In this document: positions 29,945-38,470 of the stretch, piece by piece
Layout: each line of letters opens with the position of its first letter
Position numbering within the stretch: position 1 is the stretch's first letter
Virus record (IMG/VR): IMGVR_UViG_3300042342_001247
Location: 1 to 41,248 of that record
Length of the DNA: 41,248 nucleotides
From: a virus
Taxonomy: Duplodnaviria; Caudoviricetes
Reading direction: 5' to 3' (one strand)
Made by a program: the position numbers and the translations under genes
Notes under the pieces: model-generated
Seen by the model: the letters and a program-made list of their open reading frames with translations, nothing else
Database searches by the model: none
What the model was told of the DNA's origin: nothing

Positions 29945-31059
29945 TGAAAATAGGTCTTCTATACGCAAATTATGAAGATTGTGTAGCATTACTATATACA
30001 TTTTCCGATGATAAATTTTCATTAGAAAATAATTCAGATACTTTTTCATTTTTTCATAAAAATGATGAGTATATATTTTCAAAAAAATATGAAGATATAG
30101 AGCGATGTGATTATAAAATACGATTATTTCATACATTTGGAGAATGGAAGAATTTTAGAGGATATGACAAATTAATACAAACCCAAATTGTAGAAAATTA
30201 TCATATTACAAACTCCGAATTAATTGAATATTTGGATGCCGGAAATATAGCATTATCTTCGGCATCCATCTCATTTAAACATCCTAATTTTTATTATGAA
30301 CCTATATTTAATTTAATATTCTTCTATTATCATTTTGGATTTAATTTTCTAAATTATTACAAATTTGATAAAAAACAAAATTTATTGGGTGTATATCATA
30401 CACCAAATAATGGTGTTAATTTAGACAAACATCATAGAAATTATTTATATTCACAAATTCAAAGCATATTACAATCTGATTTCGTATCATATAATTCAAA
30501 TGATTACAATTTAAAATTATTATTACAACCATACATTAAATTTGGGCATTGGGGAAATAATCACATAACATCGTATGTAGATTTTACAACATCAGTATGC
30601 AATGTAATGTTTGAAACACTACATTCGGACTCAAATCAGGAAGATTTTGAAAATAAAATGCATGGTAGACAATATATTACAGAAAAAACATTAAAAGCAA
30701 TTGTATTTTCAGAAGAAAATATATTTTTTATATGGTATGGTCCTACTAAATTATTTAAACATTTAATGGAATTAGGATTTTGGTTTTTAAACTCTGAATT
30801 TTATGACGAAACTAAAAATGTACCATATAATGATTTATTACCATCATATTCCAATATGGAACAATCAGTAATTGATACGTCTATTTTCTTAAAAACATTA
30901 AAAGATAAATTAAATGATAATAATTTAGTTCATAGTTATCTTATGGTAAAATACGGTGAAAAATTAAAAAATAATACTAAACTATTTAAAAAGTTATTGG
31001 ATAGTTATGATAAAAAAGAAGATGTTTTAAATTTAATAAAAAATGGAAAAGGAAATTAA
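29944..31059 (+). CDS. Hypothetical protein, possible GT-B-like C-terminal domain
   Basis: Very AT-rich 371 aa ORF; NVMFET...YITEKTLKAI...LGF resembles the TEK motif of GT10-like proteins. Confidence 0.55.
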   Translation: MKIGLLYANYEDCVALLYTFSDDKFSLENNSDTFSFFHKNDEYIFSKKYEDIERCDYKIRLFHTFGEWKNFRGYDKLIQTQIVENYHITNSELIEYLDAGNIALSSASISFKHPNFYYEPIFNLIFFYYHFGFNFLNYYKFDKKQNLLGVYHTPNNGVNLDKHHRNYLYSQIQSILQSDFVSYNSNDYNLKLLLQPYIKFGHWGNNHITSYVDFTTSVCNVMFETLHSDSNQEDFENKMHGRQYITEKTLKAIVFSEENIFFIWYGPTKLFKHLMELGFWFLNSEFYDETKNVPYNDLLPSYSNMEQSVIDTSIFLKTLKDKLNDNNLVHSYLMVKYGEKLKNNTKLFKKLLDSYDKKEDVLNLIKNGKGN

Positions 31060-31291
31060 AGAAGAAAAAATATTGGTTCTTAAAAGAGTACCACCTGGAG
31101 ATAGATGGGTATTTGCTGATGGTTCTAAAAAAACTATTTACCCATCTCTAACTGATGCGTTAGAGGGATGGTATCAACAAGATGGAGATACTAATTTCTA
31201 TATTGAAGCAAGAAACGGAACTGTAGAAATAGTTAAGCAAGCTGAAGTAGAAAAAGAAATTAAGAGATTCTCACTATATGGCGAAGATTAA
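31043..31291 (+). CDS. Hypothetical protein
   Basis: 82 aa; RVPPGDRW motif; overlaps both neighbours slightly. Confidence 0.7.
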   Translation: MEKEIKEEKILVLKRVPPGDRWVFADGSKKTIYPSLTDALEGWYQQDGDTNFYIEARNGTVEIVKQAEVEKEIKRFSLYGED

Positions 31292-31700
31292 AACTTTAGT
31301 AATTGCAAGTGGATATTTTAATCCTTTACACAAAGGACATGTAGAATATTTAGAACGTAGTAAGAAATTAGGAGATAAACTCGCAGTAATTGTTAATAAT
31401 GACTTGCAAGTTGAACTTAAAGGTTCGGTTAAATTTCAATCAGAAGATGAGCGAAAACTTATAATAGAAGCGTTACGGTGTGTGGATTATGTATTTATAT
31501 CAGTTGATACTGCTAGAGATGTTTCTAAAACTTTACGATGTGTATATACTAATTTGGAAGCCGATAATTACATATTTACCAATGGTGGAGACCAGATAGC
31601 AACTACTATATTAGAAAGTGATATTTGTAATGAATTAGATATAAAATTGGTGTTTGGTCTTGGTGATAAAATTCAATCATCATCTTGGCTTAAAAAATAA
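31278..31700 (+). CDS. Cytidylyltransferase-family nucleotidyltransferase (TagD/RfaE domain II-like)
   Basis: GYFNPLHKGH (HxGH), VNND, ER, NGGD, KIQSSS. Confidence 0.88.
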   Translation: MAKIKTLVIASGYFNPLHKGHVEYLERSKKLGDKLAVIVNNDLQVELKGSVKFQSEDERKLIIEALRCVDYVFISVDTARDVSKTLRCVYTNLEADNYIFTNGGDQIATTILESDICNELDIKLVFGLGDKIQSSSWLKK

Positions 31701-31714
31701 TTAAATTTAACATA

Positions 31715-31963
31715 ATGAAAGAGATAATCGAATTAGTTAATCAGCATTCAAATGATATGGAACTGGGTAAACAAGTCAGAAAATTGTATTACGAACATCA
31801 AGAAAAAATACAAGAATACATGAAATTAGTAGAAGGTAAATATATTTATGAATCGCCTGATAAGGGTGAGACTATTTATCAAAGACCGTTAGGTTCACCA
31901 CTTTCGGAGAGAACGCTTGTTGATAAAACAAAATCTTCAATTTCTGCATCCGTCTGGTTATAA
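31715..31963 (+). CDS. Hypothetical protein
   Basis: 82 aa; NDMELGKQVR and IYESPDKGETIYQR motifs. Confidence 0.7.
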   Translation: MKEIIELVNQHSNDMELGKQVRKLYYEHQEKIQEYMKLVEGKYIYESPDKGETIYQRPLGSPLSERTLVDKTKSSISASVWL

Positions 31964-31966
31964 TAT

Positions 31967-32284
31967 ATGAGCTTTATCATTGGTAATAGTTGTATTGGAT
32001 GTGTTGATACGGCGTGTGTAGATGTTTGCCCAGTTGATTGTATAAATGGACCTATTTATACTGATAGAAGGGGTGATGAATTACGCAATATGACCGATGA
32101 AGAAAAAGTGGATAAACAACTCTATATCAATCCAGAAGAATGTATCTTATGTGGGGCATGTATTCCCGAATGTCCAGTTGATGCTATTTACAGAGATGAA
32201 GATGAAGCTATTGAAGCAGGAGATGAAATATCAGTACATAAAAATTATGAATTTTATAGACAAGTATTTTTCAAAAAAATTTAA
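31967..32284 (+). CDS. fdxA: Ferredoxin, dicluster 7Fe/8Fe type
   Basis: CIGCVDTACVDVCPVDCI and CILCGACIPECPVDAI. Confidence 0.92.
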   Translation: MSFIIGNSCIGCVDTACVDVCPVDCINGPIYTDRRGDELRNMTDEEKVDKQLYINPEECILCGACIPECPVDAIYRDEDEAIEAGDEISVHKNYEFYRQVFFKKI

Positions 32285-32292
32285 TATTTATA
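32285..32292 (+). promoter_or_regulatory. Recurrent TATTTATA motif
   Basis: In the gap before ATG 32327. Confidence 0.42.
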
Positions 32293-32326
32293 TTTAAAAT
32301 AAATCGTTTACTATAAAACAAAAACC

Positions 32327-32626
32327 ATGACAACATTTATCGTTATTCTAGTATTAGCAGCCGTAATTACAGCAACTGCAATTTATCTTAAAAAAACAAA
32401 GATATATGAAGATAAAGATGGAAACTTAATTCCAGATGCTATTGAAGAAAAAGTAGAAGAAGTAAAAGTAAGAGCAAAACGAATTACCGAAGAAATTAAA
32501 GATGTTGCTGCCGCTGCTAAAGAGGTAGTAAACCAATCTAAAGATGTGGTAAGTGCTGCTAAAGGAGGGGGAAGTCGTAGAGGAAGAAAACCTTCTCAAA
32601 ATAAAAATTCAAATACTAAAAAGTAA
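32327..32626 (+). CDS. Membrane-anchored small protein
   Basis: N-terminal TM helix, DKDGNLIPD loop, amphipathic helix, basic tail RRGRKP. Confidence 0.72.
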   Translation: MTTFIVILVLAAVITATAIYLKKTKIYEDKDGNLIPDAIEEKVEEVKVRAKRITEEIKDVAAAAKEVVNQSKDVVSAAKGGGSRRGRKPSQNKNSNTKK

Positions 32627-32632
32627 CATTTG

Positions 32633-32761
32633 ATGGCTAAAAAAGGTAGTTCAGATTCATCTAGAAAGGTTTCTTTTGGTAAAAAGCGTACGGGAGTAGC
32701 TAAAAAATCGTATTCAAAATACGAAGAAAAACCTAAAAAATATAGAGGGCAAGGCAGATAA
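32633..32761 (+). CDS. Small very basic protein (42 aa, not in ORF track)
   Basis: MAKKGSSDSSRKVSFGKKRTGVAKKSYSKYEEKPKKYRGQGR; fills the gap exactly. Confidence 0.75.
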   Translation: MAKKGSSDSSRKVSFGKKRTGVAKKSYSKYEEKPKKYRGQGR

Positions 32762-32762
32762 T

Positions 32763-34574
32763 ATGATTAGATTAAAATCACTATTAAGAGAACAGGAAAT
32801 CGTTAAAAACAAAGAGACAGGTAATGTCTATGTGGTTCAAAAAATGGACCCAAATAAACACGATAAACCTACTCCTGCCGAAATTGAAAAAGCTAAAGCC
32901 ACCAATAACGGTCAACTACCTAAAGGAGAACCTCAACCTAAACAAACTCCTAAAAATACTGCACCAACTAAACCTGGTCAAAAATTAGGAGGTAGTGATT
33001 TTAAATCATCGGCTGAAACTCCTAAAGATAGTGGAAACGATGGTGGGATGCCAAAGTTGAAAGATTTAATGCCAGGTGCAGATTTTTCAGCAAAACCTCT
33101 TTCGCAAGTAACTCCAATTGAAAGACAGCAAATATCTACCGTTGTAGATAAATTGGCACAATTGGGTGCTGAAGCAAAAGCTAAAGGAGAGCAGGCACCT
33201 AATTTTAATTTGTGTAAAGTAACCATTCCAGGAACCAACTTATATTGTGATGGTAATAAAGGTATTCCTAGAGAGGATATGCCACAATTCAAAGGTACAC
33301 CTGTTCCAGGTTCACCCGCAGATAAACTTCCAAAAGATAGTAATGGGGAAGCAGATACTGAAGAATTTTTTAAGAAGATGTTGGAAAAAGATGGTGTTAA
33401 AGTTTCAGACCCAGTAGAAGTTCCAGCAGACCGACTCAAAGCAACTCAAAGTGAACTTGTGGGGGTTAAAGTAGCAGGAATGAGTAAAGTATTAGAAGAC
33501 CCATCACACCCTGCATACGAGAAGATTACTGCACCTATATATGTATCCAATGATGGGTATGTTTTAGATGGACACCACAGATGGGCAGCAATTGTTGCAC
33601 ATAATGCAGCACATCCTGATAATCCAATACCAATGAAAGTTAGGGTCATTGATGAACCAATCGAACCATTGGTAAAGCGTTCAAATGAATTTGCCGAAAA
33701 AATTGGTATTAGAGCTAAAAAAGCAGATACAGGAGCAGCAGGTGGTCCATCTCCAATTACAACTCCTGAAAAAAAAAAGTCTAAAGTAGAAAATTTCAAA
33801 GGAGATAAATCCGGTAAAGAAATTCAAACAACCGAACTTGAAGGTGGTGGACAAGTATTTGGAACCGTTCATGGAAACAACAAAATGGTTGATGACATAC
33901 TTGATAAAGTAAAATCAACTATACCACAAGATAGGTGGAAAGATGTTGTATTTGTAGGTGAAGGTGGAATGGGAGATGAAAGTGGTGGAATGCAATTTAG
34001 TGGTGAAATGAAATACGCCTCAAAGAAATTCCAACAAATTGGAGCAGGTGTTGATACTTGGGATGGCGATGATACAGATGTAACCAATAATGAATCTCCA
34101 CTATACAAATACCAAGAACAAGAAACTGGATTAAGTAATGAAGAAGTCATGGCTGCCAATTGGGCAAGTATGATAGGACAAGGTGATAGTGTAGAAGATA
34201 TGTCACCTGAAGATTACTTAACCGATAAAGGTAAAGAACTTTTAAAACAATCAGCACAAGAAGCAAATCTACCTTTATCGAATACATGGGATTCAAATCC
34301 AACTGAAGAAGATGTTGATACTCTATATAGATTATCTTTTGCAGATGATTATGGTGATAAGAAAACAAAAATACATGCTGCTCAAGAATCTTTCAATAAA
34401 TTCAGAGATGTAAATTTATTAAGAAAAACAAAAGAATTATCTTCACAAGGTAAAATTCCTATTGTATTAGCTGGTGAATCCCACGTTGGGTTAGTGGATG
34501 ATATGATGAATAAAAAGTCAAACTTGTCCGAACTTTCATTACGAGGCATTCTTAAATCAATAAATAAAAAATAA
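32763..34574 (+). CDS. Multidomain protein with ParB/sulfiredoxin-like domain
   Basis: LKATQSE...PIYVSNDGYVLDGHHRWAA; N-terminal MIRLKSLLRE; Pro/Lys-rich linkers; acidic C-terminal domain with VGEGG and VLAGESHV. Confidence 0.75.
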   Translation: MIRLKSLLREQEIVKNKETGNVYVVQKMDPNKHDKPTPAEIEKAKATNNGQLPKGEPQPKQTPKNTAPTKPGQKLGGSDFKSSAETPKDSGNDGGMPKLKDLMPGADFSAKPLSQVTPIERQQISTVVDKLAQLGAEAKAKGEQAPNFNLCKVTIPGTNLYCDGNKGIPREDMPQFKGTPVPGSPADKLPKDSNGEADTEEFFKKMLEKDGVKVSDPVEVPADRLKATQSELVGVKVAGMSKVLEDPSHPAYEKITAPIYVSNDGYVLDGHHRWAAIVAHNAAHPDNPIPMKVRVIDEPIEPLVKRSNEFAEKIGIRAKKADTGAAGGPSPITTPEKKKSKVENFKGDKSGKEIQTTELEGGGQVFGTVHGNNKMVDDILDKVKSTIPQDRWKDVVFVGEGGMGDESGGMQFSGEMKYASKKFQQIGAGVDTWDGDDTDVTNNESPLYKYQEQETGLSNEEVMAANWASMIGQGDSVEDMSPEDYLTDKGKELLKQSAQEANLPLSNTWDSNPTEEDVDTLYRLSFADDYGDKKTKIHAAQESFNKFRDVNLLRKTKELSSQGKIPIVLAGESHVGLVDDMMNKKSNLSELSLRGILKSINKK

Positions 34575-34580
34575 ATTGTT

Positions 34581-35330
34581 ATGAATAAGTTATGGATTTT
34601 TGGGGATAGCTTTTCACATGGACATGGATTTAATGATTCAGACCCATTTTATGAATCAACTTTATCAGATAATATAGATAAAAGATATTGGTGTGAAATT
34701 GTAGCAGATGAATTAAATTTAGAACTACATAATTACGCTAATGTAGGTGCATCTAATGATTACATATTTGATAGATTATTAGAAAATGCCGATAAAATCG
34801 CAGAAAATGATTATGTAGTAATTCAATCTGCTTATTATAGTAGGTTCGATGTTCCACATAAATCATCATTCAGTTTTTTACACACAATAGTTAGATATGG
34901 TGATAGTAGGCAAATCAAAGTAAACCTAATAGGTGATGACGATATGACCGACGATAAGCATGAAACTTTAATAGATTTCGCAGTTTATTTTGCAGGATTA
35001 CCAGCATACGAACATAGACAACTTAATAGATTTCAAAAATTAATAAATTTATTAAAAACAAAAAATATAGCATTTTGGTGTTTAAAATCTCCAAATTCAC
35101 CTGATATTAGTGAAATTGAAATAATCAAAAAACCATATTTTATAAAATTTGATAAAATTTACATTGGTGCAGAAGATTCATATAAAAATTATAAAGCTAC
35201 AATAACAGATGAAACTTCTGGTAAAATTCAAGATGGGCATATTGGAGTATTAGGACAGCAAGTAATGGCAATGGAAGTTCTTAAAAAATTTAACCATTCA
35301 TATACAGATTGGCGAAAAATTAAAATTTAA
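34581..35330 (+). CDS. SGNH/GDSL hydrolase-like protein
   Basis: WIFGDSFSHG, NYANVGASND, DGHIG. Confidence 0.78.
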   Translation: MNKLWIFGDSFSHGHGFNDSDPFYESTLSDNIDKRYWCEIVADELNLELHNYANVGASNDYIFDRLLENADKIAENDYVVIQSAYYSRFDVPHKSSFSFLHTIVRYGDSRQIKVNLIGDDDMTDDKHETLIDFAVYFAGLPAYEHRQLNRFQKLINLLKTKNIAFWCLKSPNSPDISEIEIIKKPYFIKFDKIYIGAEDSYKNYKATITDETSGKIQDGHIGVLGQQVMAMEVLKKFNHSYTDWRKIKI

Positions 35331-35338
35331 TATTTATA
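35331..35338 (+). promoter_or_regulatory. Recurrent TATTTATA motif upstream of the endolysin
   Basis: In the gap before ATG 35372. Confidence 0.45.
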
Positions 35339-35371
35339 GTAAAATAATAAACACTATTAAATAATCAAACT

Positions 35372-36205
35372 ATGTTGTTAAAGAAAGGTGATAATAATGA
35401 AAATGTAAAATTAATGCAGGAGAAATTAGGAATTTCCCCAGCAGTAACTAATTTTGGACCTAAAACCGAAGAAGCAGTAAAAGCGTTCCAAACAAAGAAT
35501 GGATTAACTGCAGATGGTATCGTAGGAGATAGTACTTGGGCAAAAATAATGGGAGGAAGTGTACCAACACCAGCACCATCCACACCAATTGTATCTTCAG
35601 GACCATTAAAATTAGAAAAACTTAAAGGACATATTCCTGATGCGGTAATCACAATGATTCCTGATACTGCAGCTAAATTCCAAATCAACACTCCATTGAG
35701 ATTGGCACATTTCCTTGCACAATGCGGACACGAAAGTGGTGGATTTAGAGCAACACAAGAAAACTTAAACTATTCTGCTAAAGGATTGAATGGTATCTTT
35801 AAAAAGTATTTTCCAACATTAGATTCTGCGTTACCTTACGAAAGAAAACCAGAAAAGATTGCAAATAAAGTGTATGCAAATCGTATGGCAAATGGTTCTG
35901 AAGCAAGTGGAGATGGATACCGTTTTAGAGGTAGAGGATACATCCAATTAACAGGTAAAGATAACTACACTCAATTTGGAAAAGCAATTGGTGAAGATAT
36001 CCTATCAAATCCAGATGTAGTTAGTGGTAAGTATGCACTATTATCTGCAGCATGGTTCTGGTCTAAAAACGGATTGAATAATTTATCTGATGGTGGAGCT
36101 AATGATGCAGTAGTAACAACTATTACTAAAAGAGTAAATGGTGGAACGATTGGATTAGCAGATAGAATCAAACATTTCAAAGAATATTATTCTTTATTAG
36201 CGTAA
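35372..36205 (+). CDS. Modular endolysin: peptidoglycan-binding domain + GH19 muramidase
   Basis: LLKKGD...FGPKTEEAVKAFQ..NGLTADGIVG (PG_binding_1); AHFLAQCGHESGG, ENLNY, RGRGYIQLTGKDNY, VNGG..GL.DR. Confidence 0.93.
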   Translation: MLLKKGDNNENVKLMQEKLGISPAVTNFGPKTEEAVKAFQTKNGLTADGIVGDSTWAKIMGGSVPTPAPSTPIVSSGPLKLEKLKGHIPDAVITMIPDTAAKFQINTPLRLAHFLAQCGHESGGFRATQENLNYSAKGLNGIFKKYFPTLDSALPYERKPEKIANKVYANRMANGSEASGDGYRFRGRGYIQLTGKDNYTQFGKAIGEDILSNPDVVSGKYALLSAAWFWSKNGLNNLSDGGANDAVVTTITKRVNGGTIGLADRIKHFKEYYSLLA

Positions 36206-36209
36206 TACA

Positions 36210-36908
36210 ATGACAAATTTATTAGAAATAAAAGGAGATTTTACAAAAAATGGGTATTGCCAAGTTCCCATAAATTTAATTAATTCAGATTTTCACAAAT
36301 TTATAGTAGAATATTTCAAATGTACCGAAGAAAATAATTTAAAAAATTTATTTAATACATTTAGATTTGATTCTAGTAAATTTGAAACAGTATTTAATAA
36401 TCATAAAAGGAATCATTTAGAAACAAATGCAGAAAAAGAAAGATTATATAGTTTATACGATGATAAAGATATCTCACAAATTTGGTTTTGGAATAATGAC
36501 TGGGAAACTCAAATTTCAGAATATCTAAATTTAGATGGTAAAAATTTAAGAAATACAATAGAAAGTGGTTTAAATGATATAGTAAAATTTTTATATGATT
36601 TAGAAGATAATACTAAACTATTACATAATGAATTACAATTAACATATTATAATAAAGATTGTAGATTTGTACCACATACGGACGGCCCTCAATCTAAAAT
36701 TTTATGTTCAATGATATTATATTTAAATGAAAATTATAATAAAGATAATGGTGGGTTATTAGTTTTCAATGATGAACTAATAACACCTGAATTAGGAATA
36801 TGTGCAATCATGGATTTAACAAAGCACGATATAAAACATGGTGTAACAAAAGTAACCAATGGGTCTGGTAGGTTTGCAATACTATCTTTTCCTAAAATAG
36901 AAATATGA
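36210..36908 (+). CDS. 2OG-Fe(II) oxygenase, paralog of 21431..22159
   Basis: HTD (HxD), LYLNE...GG, HGV, distal Arg; shares NGYC, RFD and QIW blocks with its paralog. Confidence 0.87.
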   Translation: MTNLLEIKGDFTKNGYCQVPINLINSDFHKFIVEYFKCTEENNLKNLFNTFRFDSSKFETVFNNHKRNHLETNAEKERLYSLYDDKDISQIWFWNNDWETQISEYLNLDGKNLRNTIESGLNDIVKFLYDLEDNTKLLHNELQLTYYNKDCRFVPHTDGPQSKILCSMILYLNENYNKDNGGLLVFNDELITPELGICAIMDLTKHDIKHGVTKVTNGSGRFAILSFPKIEI

Positions 36909-37729
36909 GAAATATTGCGATATATTCGGGAGCATCAAATACATTTGGTCTTGGATTAGAAATAGAATTTAGAGATAAATACAATGATGATACTTGGTTA
37001 AAAGAAAATGGTATAAAGTTACCATTACCCCGTCAACCAGAAGATTTGAAATATTGGAGAAAATATCGCTGGACAAAGTTAGTATCAGATGAATTAAATC
37101 TAATAGAATATAATATCCATGATAAAGGTAACATTATGTTGGGTGGAAATGCCATTCAAACTATGTGGATTTTATTGAATGATAATCATGAGATAAAAGA
37201 ATTGATGGAAAAAACAAAATATGTATTTTTAGAAATTTCATACGCAAGGTGGTGGGATAAAGATTTACATGGTAATAATGAGGGGATTGATTATCCAAAT
37301 ACTATCGTAGAAATAATTGATTTAATTAATAATCCAAAAAGTGATAGAGAAGTAGTTAGAAAAGCAATAGAATGGGTAGATATACATAATCCAGATGTAA
37401 TTTGGAAAGAAGCGTTTGATACCTACATTAAATTAAAAAAAACTTATCCAGAAGTACAATTTGTATTATTATCATGGAACAAAGACCACAACTCTTATTA
37501 TACAACATTTCCTGACGATTTTGTTTTAACAAAAAATTATGGTGGAATATACCAATATTTAATAGAAAATAAATTAAGAATATGTGATGTAGCAAAAGCG
37601 TTTAATGGAAATTATAAATATAATATGACAGATGAACATCCATCTAGTTTAGGTCATAGAAACATTGCAAATATGGTTATAAACCACGTAAACAAAAATC
37701 AAAATTTAGAAATTTTTGAATTATATTAA
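36905..37729 (+). CDS. SGNH/GDSL hydrolase-like protein
   Basis: YSGASNTFG, RW..LVS, GGN, DEHPSSLGH. Confidence 0.72.
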   Translation: MRNIAIYSGASNTFGLGLEIEFRDKYNDDTWLKENGIKLPLPRQPEDLKYWRKYRWTKLVSDELNLIEYNIHDKGNIMLGGNAIQTMWILLNDNHEIKELMEKTKYVFLEISYARWWDKDLHGNNEGIDYPNTIVEIIDLINNPKSDREVVRKAIEWVDIHNPDVIWKEAFDTYIKLKKTYPEVQFVLLSWNKDHNSYYTTFPDDFVLTKNYGGIYQYLIENKLRICDVAKAFNGNYKYNMTDEHPSSLGHRNIANMVINHVNKNQNLEIFELY

Positions 37730-37758
37730 AATTTAATATAAATTAAAGTTTAAAACTA

Positions 37759-37766
37759 TATTTATA
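37759..37766 (+). promoter_or_regulatory. Recurrent TATTTATA motif upstream of the exported-protein unit
   Basis: In the 90 nt gap before ATG 37820. Confidence 0.4.
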
Positions 37767-37819
37767 TGTAGTACAATGAAGGTTATGTAATTTTGTTTTA
37801 ATCAAAAACTATAATCTTT

Positions 37820-38470
37820 ATGAATTATTTAAAAACAGTTTTATTACCATCCGTAGGTGATTACATACTGACCATACTTGGTTGGTTTGGACTTTTATTC
37901 ATATCAACCGCACTTTGTTTCCAAATTTTTATGGTAGCGTTGGAGGTGACAGGCCAACGAGAATTAACCCAATCTATTGTAACTTGGTTCGATTATACAA
38001 TTTCCGGTGGACACAAAGATTCACCTCAAAATATTTGGTATAACGCAGATGACCATATTTGGGTTGAATCGGTAACAAATAATGTAAAAATTGGAAAATT
38101 AGCAGGAAACAGACAATTAGAATTTGGAGTTAAAAACATATTAGAAGAATATTTGCAAGAAAAAGGATTAAATCTAACTCCAAACGCCCCAAACAAATTG
38201 GCAGTTCAAATAGTATATTTAGATGTGTTAACTACAAAGAAAAACATATCTGTATTTCACAAAAACGAAGAAGAAGTTGTTATCAGATTAAAGGGTATCC
38301 TTTATAAAGATGGCAAAAAAGTAAAAGAGGTTATGGTTGAAGAATCTTCATCAGAAATCTCTATGTCAACTCTCATAGTAGATGAAGGTGGTAAGTTCAA
38401 CCAAACTTCTTTGAGCAATGCCTTAAAGAAAGCTTCGGAAACACTTATAACCAAAATCTTTGAGAAATAA
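37820..38470 (+). CDS. Membrane-anchored protein, possible CsgG/LptE-like alpha/beta domain
   Basis: N-terminal hydrophobic helix; strand-helix (FGVKNILEEYL)-strands-terminal helix (SLSNALKKA). The fold call is a pattern impression only. Confidence 0.55.
   Translation: MNYLKTVLLPSVGDYILTILGWFGLLFISTALCFQIFMVALEVTGQRELTQSIVTWFDYTISGGHKDSPQNIWYNADDHIWVESVTNNVKIGKLAGNRQLEFGVKNILEEYLQEKGLNLTPNAPNKLAVQIVYLDVLTTKKNISVFHKNEEEVVIRLKGILYKDGKKVKEVMVEESSSEISMSTLIVDEGGKFNQTSLSNALKKASETLITKIFEK

Noticed and set aside
37721-37741. Perfect 10 bp inverted repeat TTATATTAAA-A-TTTAATATAA
   Set aside because: A/T only, 1 nt loop, single occurrence; plausible by chance.
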